A stretch of 54,452 nt of DNA. Origin: Pyrinomonadaceae bacterium. GTDB taxonomy: Bacteria; Acidobacteriota; Blastocatellia; Pyrinomonadales; Pyrinomonadaceae. The notes under the pieces were generated by a model, which was not told the DNA's origin, made no database searches, and saw only the letters and a list, made by a program, of their open reading frames with translations. Shown one piece after another: positions 8,937-20,047 of the stretch (its first letter is position 1; each line of letters opens with the position of its first letter). The translations under genes and the position numbers were made by a program. Location: contig DASVWG010000291.1 in NCBI GenBank assembly GCA_036389695.1, positions 1 to 54,452 on the forward strand, given 5' to 3'.

Positions 8937-9509
8937 TTAAGGCGTCGGCGCGGGCGTCGATGTATCGGGCACGCCGGAAGTCGGCGGCGCGGGCGTTTGA
9001 AATGTCGGCGACGAGGCGTCGGGAATTGCCGGCGACGTCGCGTCGTCGGGAATCGTCTGCTGTTTAAATTGCTCGTCCATCCGCCGCATTTCCTCTTCGG
9101 TCTTTTTCATCTGTTCCTCGACGTAGCGTTCTTTGGCGATTTTCCATTCGCCGTCTTCCTTATTAAAAGGCACGATGTCCCACGAGCCGAAAGAATTTTT
9201 AACTTCAATCGTCGCGCGGTCGCCGTCGATTTTTTCGTTTTTAAACTCGACGGTTTTCTGCGCTTCGGTAAAAAGCGTTTCGCGTTTGACGACTTCGTCG
9301 ACGGTCGTATTCTGCGCTTTGGCTTCGTCTTCCGCCATTTTCAGAGAGCCTTTCGAAAGCAGAAGCTTCATCTGCGTCGTGTCTTTTTTCTTGATGGCTT
9401 GCATATAAGCTTTCAGCGTGTCGAGCGGCGTCTCCGGCTTCGGCGCGCGCTCGGCGCAGGCGAAAAACAAAGCGGCAAGCAAAATTAAAAATATTCGATA
9501 AAATCGCAT
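8937..9509 (-). CDS. Small lipoprotein, paralog 4 of 4 with Pro/Thr-rich tail
   Basis: Lipobox LFFAC; core FKNEKIDGDRATIEVKN...FNKEDGEWKIA; C-terminal P/T/S-rich tail. Confidence 0.75.
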   Translation of the reverse strand: MRFYRIFLILLAALFFACAERAPKPETPLDTLKAYMQAIKKKDTTQMKLLLSKGSLKMAEDEAKAQNTTVDEVVKRETLFTEAQKTVEFKNEKIDGDRATIEVKNSFGSWDIVPFNKEDGEWKIAKERYVEEQMKKTEEEMRRMDEQFKQQTIPDDATSPAIPDASSPTFQTPAPPTSGVPDTSTPAPTP

Positions 9510-9534
9510 TCTCGTTTAATAACCTTCTGAAAAT

Positions 9535-9562
9535 AGTTATACTCAAAATGAAAAGTATAACT
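9535..9562. promoter_or_regulatory. Palindrome AGTTATACT-N10-AGTATAACT offering TATACT -10-like hexamers on both strands
   Basis: Lies between divergent lipoprotein paralog 4 and the pterin dehydratase gene; related AAGTATAACTCAAAAT at 8827-8842 upstream of paralog 3. Confidence 0.3.
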
Positions 9563-9635
9563 TAAATCGAGCGATGGCGGCGACCTTGTAAAAGCGAAGA
9601 ACTACGGCACTGATTATTTAGGATTGATTAAGATT

Positions 9636-9920
9636 ATGGAAAGACGAAAATTATCGGCGGAAGAAATCGAAGCGAATTTGCCGGGTTTAGCTGATTGGAC
9701 GGTGGCAAACGACAAGCTCTCGAAAAAATTCGAGTTTAAGAATTTCGCCGAGAGTCTGGATTTTGTCAATCGCGTCGGCGAAATCGCCGAGCGCCGCGAC
9801 CATCACCCGGACATTTTATTCGGCTGGGGCTACGCCGAATTTTTTATCACGACGCACGACGCGGGCGGCATCACGGCGCGCGATTTCGATTTGGCGAAAG
9901 AAATAGACAAACTGAGTTAA
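9636..9920 (+). CDS. Pterin-4a-carbinolamine dehydratase (4a-hydroxytetrahydrobiopterin dehydratase)
   Basis: F.F.NF..A..F.N.V...AE...HHPDI...W......TH..GG.T..D pattern; start set at ATG 9636 (track uses TTG 9624). Confidence 0.8.
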   Translation: MERRKLSAEEIEANLPGLADWTVANDKLSKKFEFKNFAESLDFVNRVGEIAERRDHHPDILFGWGYAEFFITTHDAGGITARDFDLAKEIDKLS

Positions 9921-9930
9921 GACTAAACAA

Positions 9931-11175
9931 ATGGCAAAAAAACCGGGTATTTTTCCGACCTTTTTTATTTCCGGTTTCGAGTGTTCCACTTTTCTCTGGA
10001 AAGATAAAGGACGCCGCAACCTCGTCGCTGAAACGCAGCATGACAGATTCGTCCGCGAAGATTACAGGCATTTGCGCGAGCTTGGCATCGCCGTTGCGCG
10101 CGAAGGAATTCCGTGGGCGTTCGTCGATAAAAACGGGCGTTACGATTTTTCCGCGATTGACCCGATGATTGCGGCGATGAACGAATCGCAGATTCTGCCG
10201 ATTTGGGATTTATGTCATTACGGCTACCCGGAGGATTTAGACCCTTTTTCCGAAGGATTTACCGTTCGTTTCGCCGATTACTGCCGCGCCGCCGCGCGCT
10301 ACGTCGTCGCGCGCGTTCGCGGTCCGCATTTCTTTACGCCGATTAACGAAATAACTTTTTTTTCATTCATCGGCGGCGAGTGGGGCTGGACGGCGCCTTA
10401 TAAAAATACCCGGGAAGACCGCTTTAAATTGCGCGTCGCTTTGTGCAAAGCCGCGATTGCCGGCGTCAAGGCGATTCGCGAAATCGAGCCGCAAGCCCGA
10501 ATGATTAACATCGACCCGCTCGTGCAGGTCGTCGCCCCGCGCGACCGACCGGATTTGGCGGAAGCCGCCGAACACGAAACTTTCGTGGACACTTTTCTGG
10601 CGTGGGACATTCTCTACGGACGAGAACACCCGGAACTCGGCGGCGCGCCGGAAATTCTGGATATTGTCGGCGCGAATAATTACTCTTTCGGGCAAATGGA
10701 ATACCGCGAGCAAGGTCCGCACGCCGCGCTCAACCCGGACGACGACCGCATCAAACCGCTCTGCGAATTGATGAAAAGGGTTTGGGAGCGCTATCGCCGA
10801 CCGATGATTATCGGCGAAACCAGCGGTCTCGGCGGCGGGCGCGCCGCGTGGCTCAAAGACGTGACGGAAGAATCGCTCGCCGCCGTCAACGAAGGGATGG
10901 ATTTGCACGGCATCTGTCTGTTTCCGGCAGTCGATATGCAGGATTGGCACACCGGCGAATGGCTGCACAACGGAATCTGCGATTTGGAAGACTGCGACGG
11001 GCAGCTGCGCCGCGTTCCGAGCCGGAACTATGTCAACGAGCTGCGCCGCTGGCAAAAAGAACTGAACCGCGTCACGGCGCTCGACAAAGACCCGTTCAGC
11101 GACCCGGTCGAATTGCAGGACGTGATTGACGCCGCGCGAAGACTTAAGCCGATGCCCGATAAAAATTGGAGTTAG
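9931..11175 (+). CDS. GH1-like (clan GH-A TIM-barrel) glycoside hydrolase
   Basis: FISGFECS N-terminus, candidate acid/base TPINEITF and nucleophile MIIGETS glutamates spaced as in family-1 beta-glucosidase-like enzymes. Confidence 0.55.
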   Translation: MAKKPGIFPTFFISGFECSTFLWKDKGRRNLVAETQHDRFVREDYRHLRELGIAVAREGIPWAFVDKNGRYDFSAIDPMIAAMNESQILPIWDLCHYGYPEDLDPFSEGFTVRFADYCRAAARYVVARVRGPHFFTPINEITFFSFIGGEWGWTAPYKNTREDRFKLRVALCKAAIAGVKAIREIEPQARMINIDPLVQVVAPRDRPDLAEAAEHETFVDTFLAWDILYGREHPELGGAPEILDIVGANNYSFGQMEYREQGPHAALNPDDDRIKPLCELMKRVWERYRRPMIIGETSGLGGGRAAWLKDVTEESLAAVNEGMDLHGICLFPAVDMQDWHTGEWLHNGICDLEDCDGQLRRVPSRNYVNELRRWQKELNRVTALDKDPFSDPVELQDVIDAARRLKPMPDKNWS

Positions 11176-11274
11176 TTTTTAATTTAAATTAGAAAACAGC
11201 CGGACATTTGAGCGAGCTTTTACGATTGCGAACGACGTTATTAACTTTAAATCAGAAAAACTATAGTCATATAA

Positions 11275-11308
11275 AATAAAAAACTCCTGAAATGTCAGGA
11301 GTTTTTTA
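11275..11308. terminator. Bidirectional intrinsic terminator (GH1-like gene / icd)
   Basis: AACTCCTGA-AATG-TCAGGAGTT stem-loop flanked by an A-run and a T-run. Confidence 0.85.
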
Positions 11309-11328
11309 TAAATTTTGAATTTAAAGTT

Positions 11329-13572
<2,244 letters not shown>

Positions 13573-13732
13573 TTATTGTAATCATTGTCGTCCAACTTCT
13601 CCAAAAGTTCAACGAAGCCGGATTAGACGTTATCAAAACCGAAAACCTCTACAGCTTCGACGGCGCGAAAGGTTATTCAGCCTAAGTCGGAATCGCCTGC
13701 GACAGCGGGCGGATTACCGTAAACTCATAAGG

Positions 13733-13770
13733 AAAAAGGATGAAGTCTCGGCTTCGTCCTTTTTGTTTTC
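13733..13770 (+). terminator. Orphan intrinsic-terminator-like hairpin
   Basis: AAAAAGGATGAAGT-CTCG-GCTTCGTCCTTTTT followed by GTTTTC; no annotated gene upstream on the + strand. Confidence 0.5.
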
Positions 13771-13782
13771 GGGCAAATTAAA

Positions 13783-13987
13783 GGTAGTGGGTCATTTTCA
13801 ATGTTGAACACGAATTGAGATTTTGGCTATGCGTGTTAGCGCACAGACAGATGCCATTTATAGTGATTAACTCAACGCCGGACTTTAAAACCCTGGCATA
13901 TGGCGGGAATTAGCGATTCTCTCCTTAATACTACAAAGATAAGATTGCTTATCTTTATTGGTTCAATATTGAAAATGACCCACTACC
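13783..13987. mobile_element. MITE-like 205-bp element with 27-bp terminal inverted repeats
   Basis: GGTAGTGGGTCATTTTCAATGTTGAAC (13783-13809) vs reverse complement at 13961-13987 (26/27); non-coding interior; sits at the edge of the low-GC cassette; no clear target-site duplication seen. Confidence 0.45.
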
Positions 13988-14031
13988 AATGAGCCAGCAG
14001 CGGGCTTATTGAACTAATCCAAAATCAAATA

Positions 14032-15225
14032 ATGAAAAAAAAATATGATGTTATTGTAATCGGAGGCGGTTCGATAGGCTTGTCCACCGCTTATCATTTA
14101 GCCAAAAATAAAACTAAAACATTGGTGCTCGAAAGATTCGGCTTTCTTAACCAACGCGGAAGCTCGGCGGGCGTATCGAGACAATTCCGAATACCATATC
14201 CGGAACCGTATATGGTTCAGATGGTTTTGGAATCCGTCAAGTGGTGGGATGAATTGCAGGGCAAGACCGGCAAACAGCTTTTAGATAAGGTCGGAACATT
14301 GTGGTTTGGCGACCCGGCGGTGCATTCGACGGAGGGAAATATCGGAGCGGCGGAAGATTCTCTGACGGAAAAAAACGTCCCGTTCACAAAACTCGATTCA
14401 AAAGAAATAGAAAATCAATATAATTTCCGCGATTTGCCTTCCACATACGTCGGTTTGTTTCAGCCGGGCGGCGCGAGCATCGATTTGAAGGCGACACTCG
14501 AAACATTATTAAAATCGAATCGGGACTCGCCTGACGTCGATTTAATGGAGGATTCAAAAGTAAAAAGCATTCGGCAGGACGGGAAAATATTTGAAGTAAC
14601 TACCGCGCGCGGAACTTATGAATCCGAAAAATTAGTGCTTACTCCCGGACCGTATATCGACGAGGTTGCGCGCCTGCTAAACTTCGGAACCGAGGTTATC
14701 TACTGGAATATGTCTTCCTGTTACTTTAAAAAAACCGACCCGAACGTTAAGTTTCCGACATGGTTTGTTTTTCAGAATGCCGATAAGCAAAGCGGAAGCG
14801 GCAACGAATTTTACGGTTTTCCCGAAGTGGATTGGGACAATCCGGGATATATACGGGTTGCGCCGGACTTTGTAATGAAGACTCTGACCGACCCCGAGCA
14901 GCGAACGTCCGTTCCCAACAAACAGGAAATCGGATTCACGTCCGAATGGGTCAGCAAGCACATGAAAGGACTCGACCCCAAACCGTATTTCGAATCGACC
15001 TGCTTTGTGGCTTTAAGCCAAAATCAGAATAAAGAGCTAATCATCGATTTTGCGCCGGATTATGTTCCAAATCATAAAAACATCGTGATATACGCGACGG
15101 GATGGGCGGGAAAGTTCGTTCCCTTGATGGGCAAAATTCTTTCCGACCTGACGCTTGACGGAAAAACCGAATACGACATCTCGAATTTCAAGCTCGGAGA
15201 TAAAATCTTTAGACCCCTTAAATAA
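14032..15225 (+). CDS. FAD-dependent oxidoreductase, monomeric sarcosine oxidase / N-methyl amino-acid (pipecolate) oxidase-like
   Basis: KYDVIVIGGGSIGLSTAYHLAK dinucleotide fold; MSOX-like length and C-terminal ATGWAGKF block; visibly lower GC than neighbours. Confidence 0.7.
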   Translation: MKKKYDVIVIGGGSIGLSTAYHLAKNKTKTLVLERFGFLNQRGSSAGVSRQFRIPYPEPYMVQMVLESVKWWDELQGKTGKQLLDKVGTLWFGDPAVHSTEGNIGAAEDSLTEKNVPFTKLDSKEIENQYNFRDLPSTYVGLFQPGGASIDLKATLETLLKSNRDSPDVDLMEDSKVKSIRQDGKIFEVTTARGTYESEKLVLTPGPYIDEVARLLNFGTEVIYWNMSSCYFKKTDPNVKFPTWFVFQNADKQSGSGNEFYGFPEVDWDNPGYIRVAPDFVMKTLTDPEQRTSVPNKQEIGFTSEWVSKHMKGLDPKPYFESTCFVALSQNQNKELIIDFAPDYVPNHKNIVIYATGWAGKFVPLMGKILSDLTLDGKTEYDISNFKLGDKIFRPLK

Positions 15226-15238
15226 AACGACTAAAAAT

Positions 15239-17209
15239 ATGAAAACAAAAACTTACTCCATTTTTGGAGCCGGCGCTGCGGGACTCTACACTGCCTGGAG
15301 ATTGCTCAACGGCGAAGCAAATAATGACAAAGACAACTCAAAAATGCTTGCCGAAGGCGATATTCTCGAATTATACGATTGGGGGAAATATGATTTCTCC
15401 AAAAAACACTCCGGCAGCCGCGAACCGGGCGCGCGCGTTTGCACGTGGCATTACAAAGAGGACAAAACAAAATCGTATCTCGAATTAGGCGGTATGCGCT
15501 ATGCCGATTGGAATAACGATGTAAAGTCCGGTCATTTGCTGGTTTCAACCGTTATCAAAGAACTCGGTCTGGATAGCGAGTCGGTAAATTTTAACGAATC
15601 CTCCAATCAACTGCTTTTTCTGAGAAACCGGAATATGTATCTGAATGACATCGGAGCCGGAGCGCCCGCGCCTTACAATCTTCCCGCCGAGGGCGCTACT
15701 CAATCGCCTTATAACGGATTTGCCGCCGTCCAGAATCTGGTCAACAGCCCGACGACGAGATTGGGCTGGTGCGAATTCTACCGGAACGGAACTCTCTCTA
15801 AGGAAACCGGCGCGCAGTCGGTCTTTGAAAACGGCGATTTCGCGAAGGACATCGGATACTGGAATTTGATGTATGACCAGTTAGGACCGGAGGGATTTGC
15901 CTACACCGCCGACGCCAACGGCTACACGTCAAACGTAATTAACTGGAATTCCGCCGATGCATTTAACGCCAACAACGAGTTTGCTCCGGGCAATCAATAC
16001 AAGACGCTGACGCAGGGATATTCGAGTATGTTCACGGCTCTGTTTGACGAGATTGAAAAACTTGTCAAAAAGAGCGGCGTCGTTTTTAAATATTATCCCG
16101 ATACGCGCCTTCATTCCATTTATGAAAAGAATAACGTCATACATTTCGGTATCGCGACGCGTCGTGACCCGTGGCAAAAGACGGAATCTAAAACCGCCGA
16201 TGCCGCCTGGCTGGCGATGCCCAGAAATTCCATCGACCTCGTAGCGCAAGCGACCCGCTACGCATCGATAGACGGATTTGATGTGTTGAACGAACGCGAA
16301 GTTCAGCTTTATCTGGAAGCGGCGGTTATGCAGCCTTCCTATAAAATCGGTTTGTTTTTTGATTCCGAGTGGTGGCTCAACAGCGCCGCTTACCCGCCTA
16401 AACTAACTTGCTATACCATTACCGGCGATACGCTCAAGCAGCTTGAAAACTTAAACTGGGCGAAAAACGACCTGCGCGAAATGGAGTACGGAAATCCGGC
16501 AGTGTTCAATATCGCTTATGACTCGGTAGAGGCGATTACGCTGGCAGTCAGCAATTGTATCGGCGAGACGCTTGATTTAGAACAACAGACCCAATTGCTC
16601 GGAGCTTCCCGACAACGCAACACCATCGGTCCGGCTTTTACCGATTCACCCGTCCGAATGGCGGTATATTTTGGAAATAATGCCTTAAGTCAATCAGGAG
16701 AAAAGGTTTACGGTATGCTCGCCAGCTATGATGACGAACAGTTTACGACCTTTTGGAAGGAGCTGGAAGAAGGACCCGACAAGCCGGTTGATATTCCGAC
16801 CTGTGAAGACGTTCAACCGCTCGCCGGACCGCGCGATTGTCCTCCGATAATGATAAAAATGCTGCGAAAACAACTTGCTGAAATGCATTTCGGACCGGGT
16901 TCTGATTTTAATCTGGTGCCTGTGCCATTAGAGGCGCGATATATGGATTGGTCGCTGCCGCCGTTTAATGCCGGTTATCACGCGTGGGCGGCTCATTACG
17001 ACATCGGCGACGTGCAGCGCAAAATCCGCAAGCCTTCGCAATTGATTGAAGGGAAAGACGCGAACATTTTTATTGTCGGCGAAACTTATTCAAACGATCA
17101 GGCTTGGGTTGAAGGCGCTTACTGCACCGCCGAATCGGTGCTGAACGACTTTTTCGATATGAAACCTATCGTGGACGAAGACAGCTATCCTTTCATTTGT
17201 CCGGAATAA
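15239..17209 (+). CDS. Flavin amine oxidase family protein, L-amino-acid oxidase/2-monooxygenase-like
   Basis: YSIFGAGAAGLYTAWRL GxGxxG, ELGGMRY (the GxMR block of LAAO/tryptophan 2-monooxygenase group), C-terminal IFIVGETYS..WVEGAYCTAESV; start trimmed to ATG 15239 to remove overlap with the upstream gene. Confidence 0.7.
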   Translation: MKTKTYSIFGAGAAGLYTAWRLLNGEANNDKDNSKMLAEGDILELYDWGKYDFSKKHSGSREPGARVCTWHYKEDKTKSYLELGGMRYADWNNDVKSGHLLVSTVIKELGLDSESVNFNESSNQLLFLRNRNMYLNDIGAGAPAPYNLPAEGATQSPYNGFAAVQNLVNSPTTRLGWCEFYRNGTLSKETGAQSVFENGDFAKDIGYWNLMYDQLGPEGFAYTADANGYTSNVINWNSADAFNANNEFAPGNQYKTLTQGYSSMFTALFDEIEKLVKKSGVVFKYYPDTRLHSIYEKNNVIHFGIATRRDPWQKTESKTADAAWLAMPRNSIDLVAQATRYASIDGFDVLNEREVQLYLEAAVMQPSYKIGLFFDSEWWLNSAAYPPKLTCYTITGDTLKQLENLNWAKNDLREMEYGNPAVFNIAYDSVEAITLAVSNCIGETLDLEQQTQLLGASRQRNTIGPAFTDSPVRMAVYFGNNALSQSGEKVYGMLASYDDEQFTTFWKELEEGPDKPVDIPTCEDVQPLAGPRDCPPIMIKMLRKQLAEMHFGPGSDFNLVPVPLEARYMDWSLPPFNAGYHAWAAHYDIGDVQRKIRKPSQLIEGKDANIFIVGETYSNDQAWVEGAYCTAESVLNDFFDMKPIVDEDSYPFICPE

Positions 17210-17240
17210 CCAGTAAAATTTAAGCGCAGAATCATTATTA

Positions 17241-17267
17241 AGCCGGTTGGAATTATTTCAACCGGCT
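17241..17267 (+). terminator. Stem-loop downstream of the amine-oxidase gene (no U-tract)
   Basis: AGCCGGTTG-GAATTATTT-CAACCGGCT. Confidence 0.4.
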
Positions 17268-17286
17268 AAAAACACTGGTTACTTCT

Positions 17287-17787
17287 ATGACAGACAAAGC
17301 TGAAAAACCTCTTGTCGCAATCATTATGGGCAGCACGTCCGATTGGGAAACAATGCGAAATGCGTCGGATATCTTGACGAATTTCGATGTTCCGCACGAA
17401 ACGCGGGTCGTTTCGGCGCACCGGACGCCGGATTTGCTTTTTGAGTTTGCCAGGCAAGCCGAAGGGCGCGGCGTCGAGGTTATTATCGCGGGCGCGGGCG
17501 GCGCGGCGCATCTGCCCGGAATGACGGCTTCGCAGACGGTTTTGCCGGTTTTGGGCGTGCCCGTGCAGAGCAAGGCTTTGTCGGGCATGGATTCGCTGCT
17601 TTCGATTGTGCAGATGCCGGCGGGAATTCCGGTCGGGACGCTGGCAATCGGCGCGGCGGGCGCGAAAAACGCGGCGCTGTTTGCCGTCTCGATTCTGGCG
17701 AACTCGCGTCCGGAACTGCGAGAAAAATTAAGAGAGTTCAGGCGAAATCAAACTCAAACCGTTTTAGAATCAAAGCTGGAAAATTAA
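17287..17787 (+). CDS. purE: N5-carboxyaminoimidazole ribonucleotide mutase
   Basis: [53 protein letters not shown]. Confidence 0.93.
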   Translation: MTDKAEKPLVAIIMGSTSDWETMRNASDILTNFDVPHETRVVSAHRTPDLLFEFARQAEGRGVEVIIAGAGGAAHLPGMTASQTVLPVLGVPVQSKALSGMDSLLSIVQMPAGIPVGTLAIGAAGAKNAALFAVSILANSRPELREKLREFRRNQTQTVLESKLEN

Positions 17788-17855
17788 TCGCCGTGGCACT
17801 TGCGGACAAAGACCGCTTTCCCAATTTTTATCCGTCATTATCTGTGCTAACCTGT

Positions 17856-17895
17856 GATTTCGTTCTGGTGAATTTTCGTGCAAATTCGTGGCTAA
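17856..17895. repeat. Solo arm of the CACGAAA/TTAGCCAC family overlapping the purK start
   Basis: ...TTTTCGTGCAAATTCGTGGCTAA is the reverse complement of TTAGCCACGAATTTGCACGAAAA; no partner arm found upstream. Confidence 0.6.
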
Positions 17896-19057
17896 AATAA
17901 TCCAACCAAATTCAACCATCGGCGTTTTCGGCAGCGGTCAGCTCGGGCGGATGTTCGCCATCGAGGCGCGCAAGATGGGTTATCGCGTGCACACGTTTTC
18001 GCCCGCGTCCGACACGCCGACCGGACAGGTCGCCGATTTTGAAACTTCCGCCGATTATGAAGATTTAGGAAAGGTCAGAAAGTTTGCCGAAGCGGTCGAT
18101 GTCGTGACGTTTGAATTTGAAAACGTGCCGTCAAAAACGGTCGAAGTCGCGGCGCAGTTTGTCGCGGTTCACCCGAAGGGCGAAATTCTGCACACGACGC
18201 AGAACCGCCTGCGCGAAAAAACTTTTCTTTCGCAGAACGGCTTTCCCGTGACGCCTTTCCGGCACGTTAAAACTCTGGAAGATTTAAGCAGCGCGGCTCG
18301 CGAAACCGGTTTTCCGTGCGTGTTGAAAACCGCCGGTTTCGGTTACGACGGTAAAGGTCAGACGAAAATCGAAGCTTTCGGGGAAATCGAAAACGCTTTC
18401 GCCGCTTTGAAAAATCAGGAAGCCGTGCTGGAAGCCTTTGTCGAATTTGAAAAGGAAATTTCGGTCGTCTGCGCGCGCGATTGGACGGGCGATTTCGCGC
18501 ATTACGGCGTCATCGAAAACGAGCACGCGCGGCATATTCTGGACGTTTCTTTCGCGCCCGCGCTCGTCACGGAAAAAATTTATCGGGAAGCGATTGAAAT
18601 CGCGCGCTCTGTTGCCGAAGCTTTCGATTACGTCGGAACTTTGTGCGTCGAATTTTTTCTGACGAAAGACGAGAAGCTGCTCATTAACGAGCTTGCGCCG
18701 CGCCCGCATAATTCCGGTCACCTGACTTTCGATGCGTGCGCCGTATCGCAGTTTGAACAGCAATTGCGCGCCGTCTGCGGCTTGCCGCTCGGCTCGACCG
18801 AATTTTATAAACCGGCGGCGATGGCAAATCTGCTCGGCGACGTCTGGCGCGCGGGCGAGCCTGTCTGGACGAATGCTTTAAAGTTTCCGAATTTAAAATT
18901 GCATCTTTACGGCAAAGCCGAACCGCGCGGCGGGCGCAAAATGGGACACCTGACGGCGCTCGCCGGAACGGCGCGGGAAGCGGTCGAGACGGTGAGAAAA
19001 GCGAGAGAGGAATTAGCCGCGAACAAATCCGAAAAAGCGCGAACAGAGAGAAATTAG
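17888..19057 (+). CDS. purK: N5-carboxyaminoimidazole ribonucleotide synthase
   Basis: IGVFGSGQLGRMF, ATP-grasp body, NELAPRPHNSGH; GTG start and TAG stop both lie inside CACGAAA-family repeat arms. Confidence 0.9.
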   Translation: MAKIIQPNSTIGVFGSGQLGRMFAIEARKMGYRVHTFSPASDTPTGQVADFETSADYEDLGKVRKFAEAVDVVTFEFENVPSKTVEVAAQFVAVHPKGEILHTTQNRLREKTFLSQNGFPVTPFRHVKTLEDLSSAARETGFPCVLKTAGFGYDGKGQTKIEAFGEIENAFAALKNQEAVLEAFVEFEKEISVVCARDWTGDFAHYGVIENEHARHILDVSFAPALVTEKIYREAIEIARSVAEAFDYVGTLCVEFFLTKDEKLLINELAPRPHNSGHLTFDACAVSQFEQQLRAVCGLPLGSTEFYKPAAMANLLGDVWRAGEPVWTNALKFPNLKLHLYGKAEPRGGRKMGHLTALAGTAREAVETVRKAREELAANKSEKARTERN

Positions 19058-19223
19058 CCACGAAAGAACACGAAAAAGCACGAAACAAGAAGAAAGAAAT
19101 TAGCCCGCGAAATACGCGAAAGAAACGAAAAGGAAAACAAATACTGAAATTTTATTTATTTTCTTTTTCGCGCCTTTTCGCGTGTTTCGCGGGCTAATGT
19201 TTTAAGTTTTCTTTCGCGGCTAA
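19054..19223. repeat. Nested double inverted repeat, CACGAAA/TTAGCC family
   Basis: Outer TTAGCCACGAAAGAA.. / ..TTCTTTCGCGGCTAA; inner TTAGCCCGCGAAATACGCGAAA (19100-) / TTTCGCGTGTTTCGCGGGCTAA (-19197); fills the purK/DLH convergent gap. Confidence 0.85.
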
Positions 19224-19226
19224 TCT

Positions 19227-19919
19227 TTAGTTTTCGAGCGGTATTGTTGCTTTTTCGAGATTTTTATCGAAAAATGCGATAACTTTCGCCCAGGCGTCTT
19301 TGGCTGCCGTTTCGTCGTAAACTTCGGGGCGCGTGTTGTTGAAAAAAGCGTGGTCGGCGTCGTATTTCAGCACTTCAATCGGCAGAAAATTTTCCGTCGC
19401 GATTCTTTCCATCTCGCCGACTTTTTCCGGGTTAATCCATTGGTCTTTGATGCCGGAGACGAAAAGAACCGGGCATTTTAAATCCTTGAGCGTAAATTCG
19501 TCGGGAATGTCGCCGTAAAACGGAGCCGCCGCGCCGATGTTTTCCAGTTCGCAGGCGGCGCGCAGGGCGAAAGTGCCGCCCATACAAAAACCCGTGATGC
19601 CGAATTTTTCGATATCGTAAGTGTCCCGCGCTTTGTCAATCGCCATCTGAATCGTGTTTAAGCCGTCTTCGATGTCGAGATTCTGCATCAGGCGTCCGGC
19701 TTCTTCCTTGTCTTTGGTCACTTTTCCGCGATAAAGGTCGGGCGCGATTGCCGTAAAGCCTTCGTCGGCGTAGCGATTCGCAATGTCTTTGATGTGCTCG
19801 TTTAAGCCCCACCATTCCTGAATTATAATGACGGCTTTTTCGCCGCCGGCATCCGGCGCGGCGACATATGCGGTCGAAGCGCCGTTGGCGGTATTAAATT
19901 GTAAAGTTTCGGTTTTCAT
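19227..19919 (-). CDS. Dienelactone hydrolase family protein
   Basis: AVIIIQEWWGLNEHIKDIANRYADEGF, nucleophile elbow GFCMGG, C-terminal DH. Confidence 0.8.
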   Translation of the reverse strand: MKTETLQFNTANGASTAYVAAPDAGGEKAVIIIQEWWGLNEHIKDIANRYADEGFTAIAPDLYRGKVTKDKEEAGRLMQNLDIEDGLNTIQMAIDKARDTYDIEKFGITGFCMGGTFALRAACELENIGAAAPFYGDIPDEFTLKDLKCPVLFVSGIKDQWINPEKVGEMERIATENFLPIEVLKYDADHAFFNNTRPEVYDETAAKDAWAKVIAFFDKNLEKATIPLEN

Positions 19920-20047
19920 AATAACTCCTTGAAAATTTTTTTGCTTTAATTATAAACACGCCGGAGCAAGCGCGTGCAATTTTGTCGGCGAAAACTTTTC
20001 TGGCGGTCGATTAAGTGTTATAAAAATTCTGCCAAACTTTAAAATCT

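Noticed and set aside
17210-17286. Possible purine/ZTP riboswitch ahead of purE.
   Set aside because: The 77-nt spacer contains only a simple 9-bp stem-loop (17241-17267) and none of the conserved ZTP or purine riboswitch core sequences that I know.
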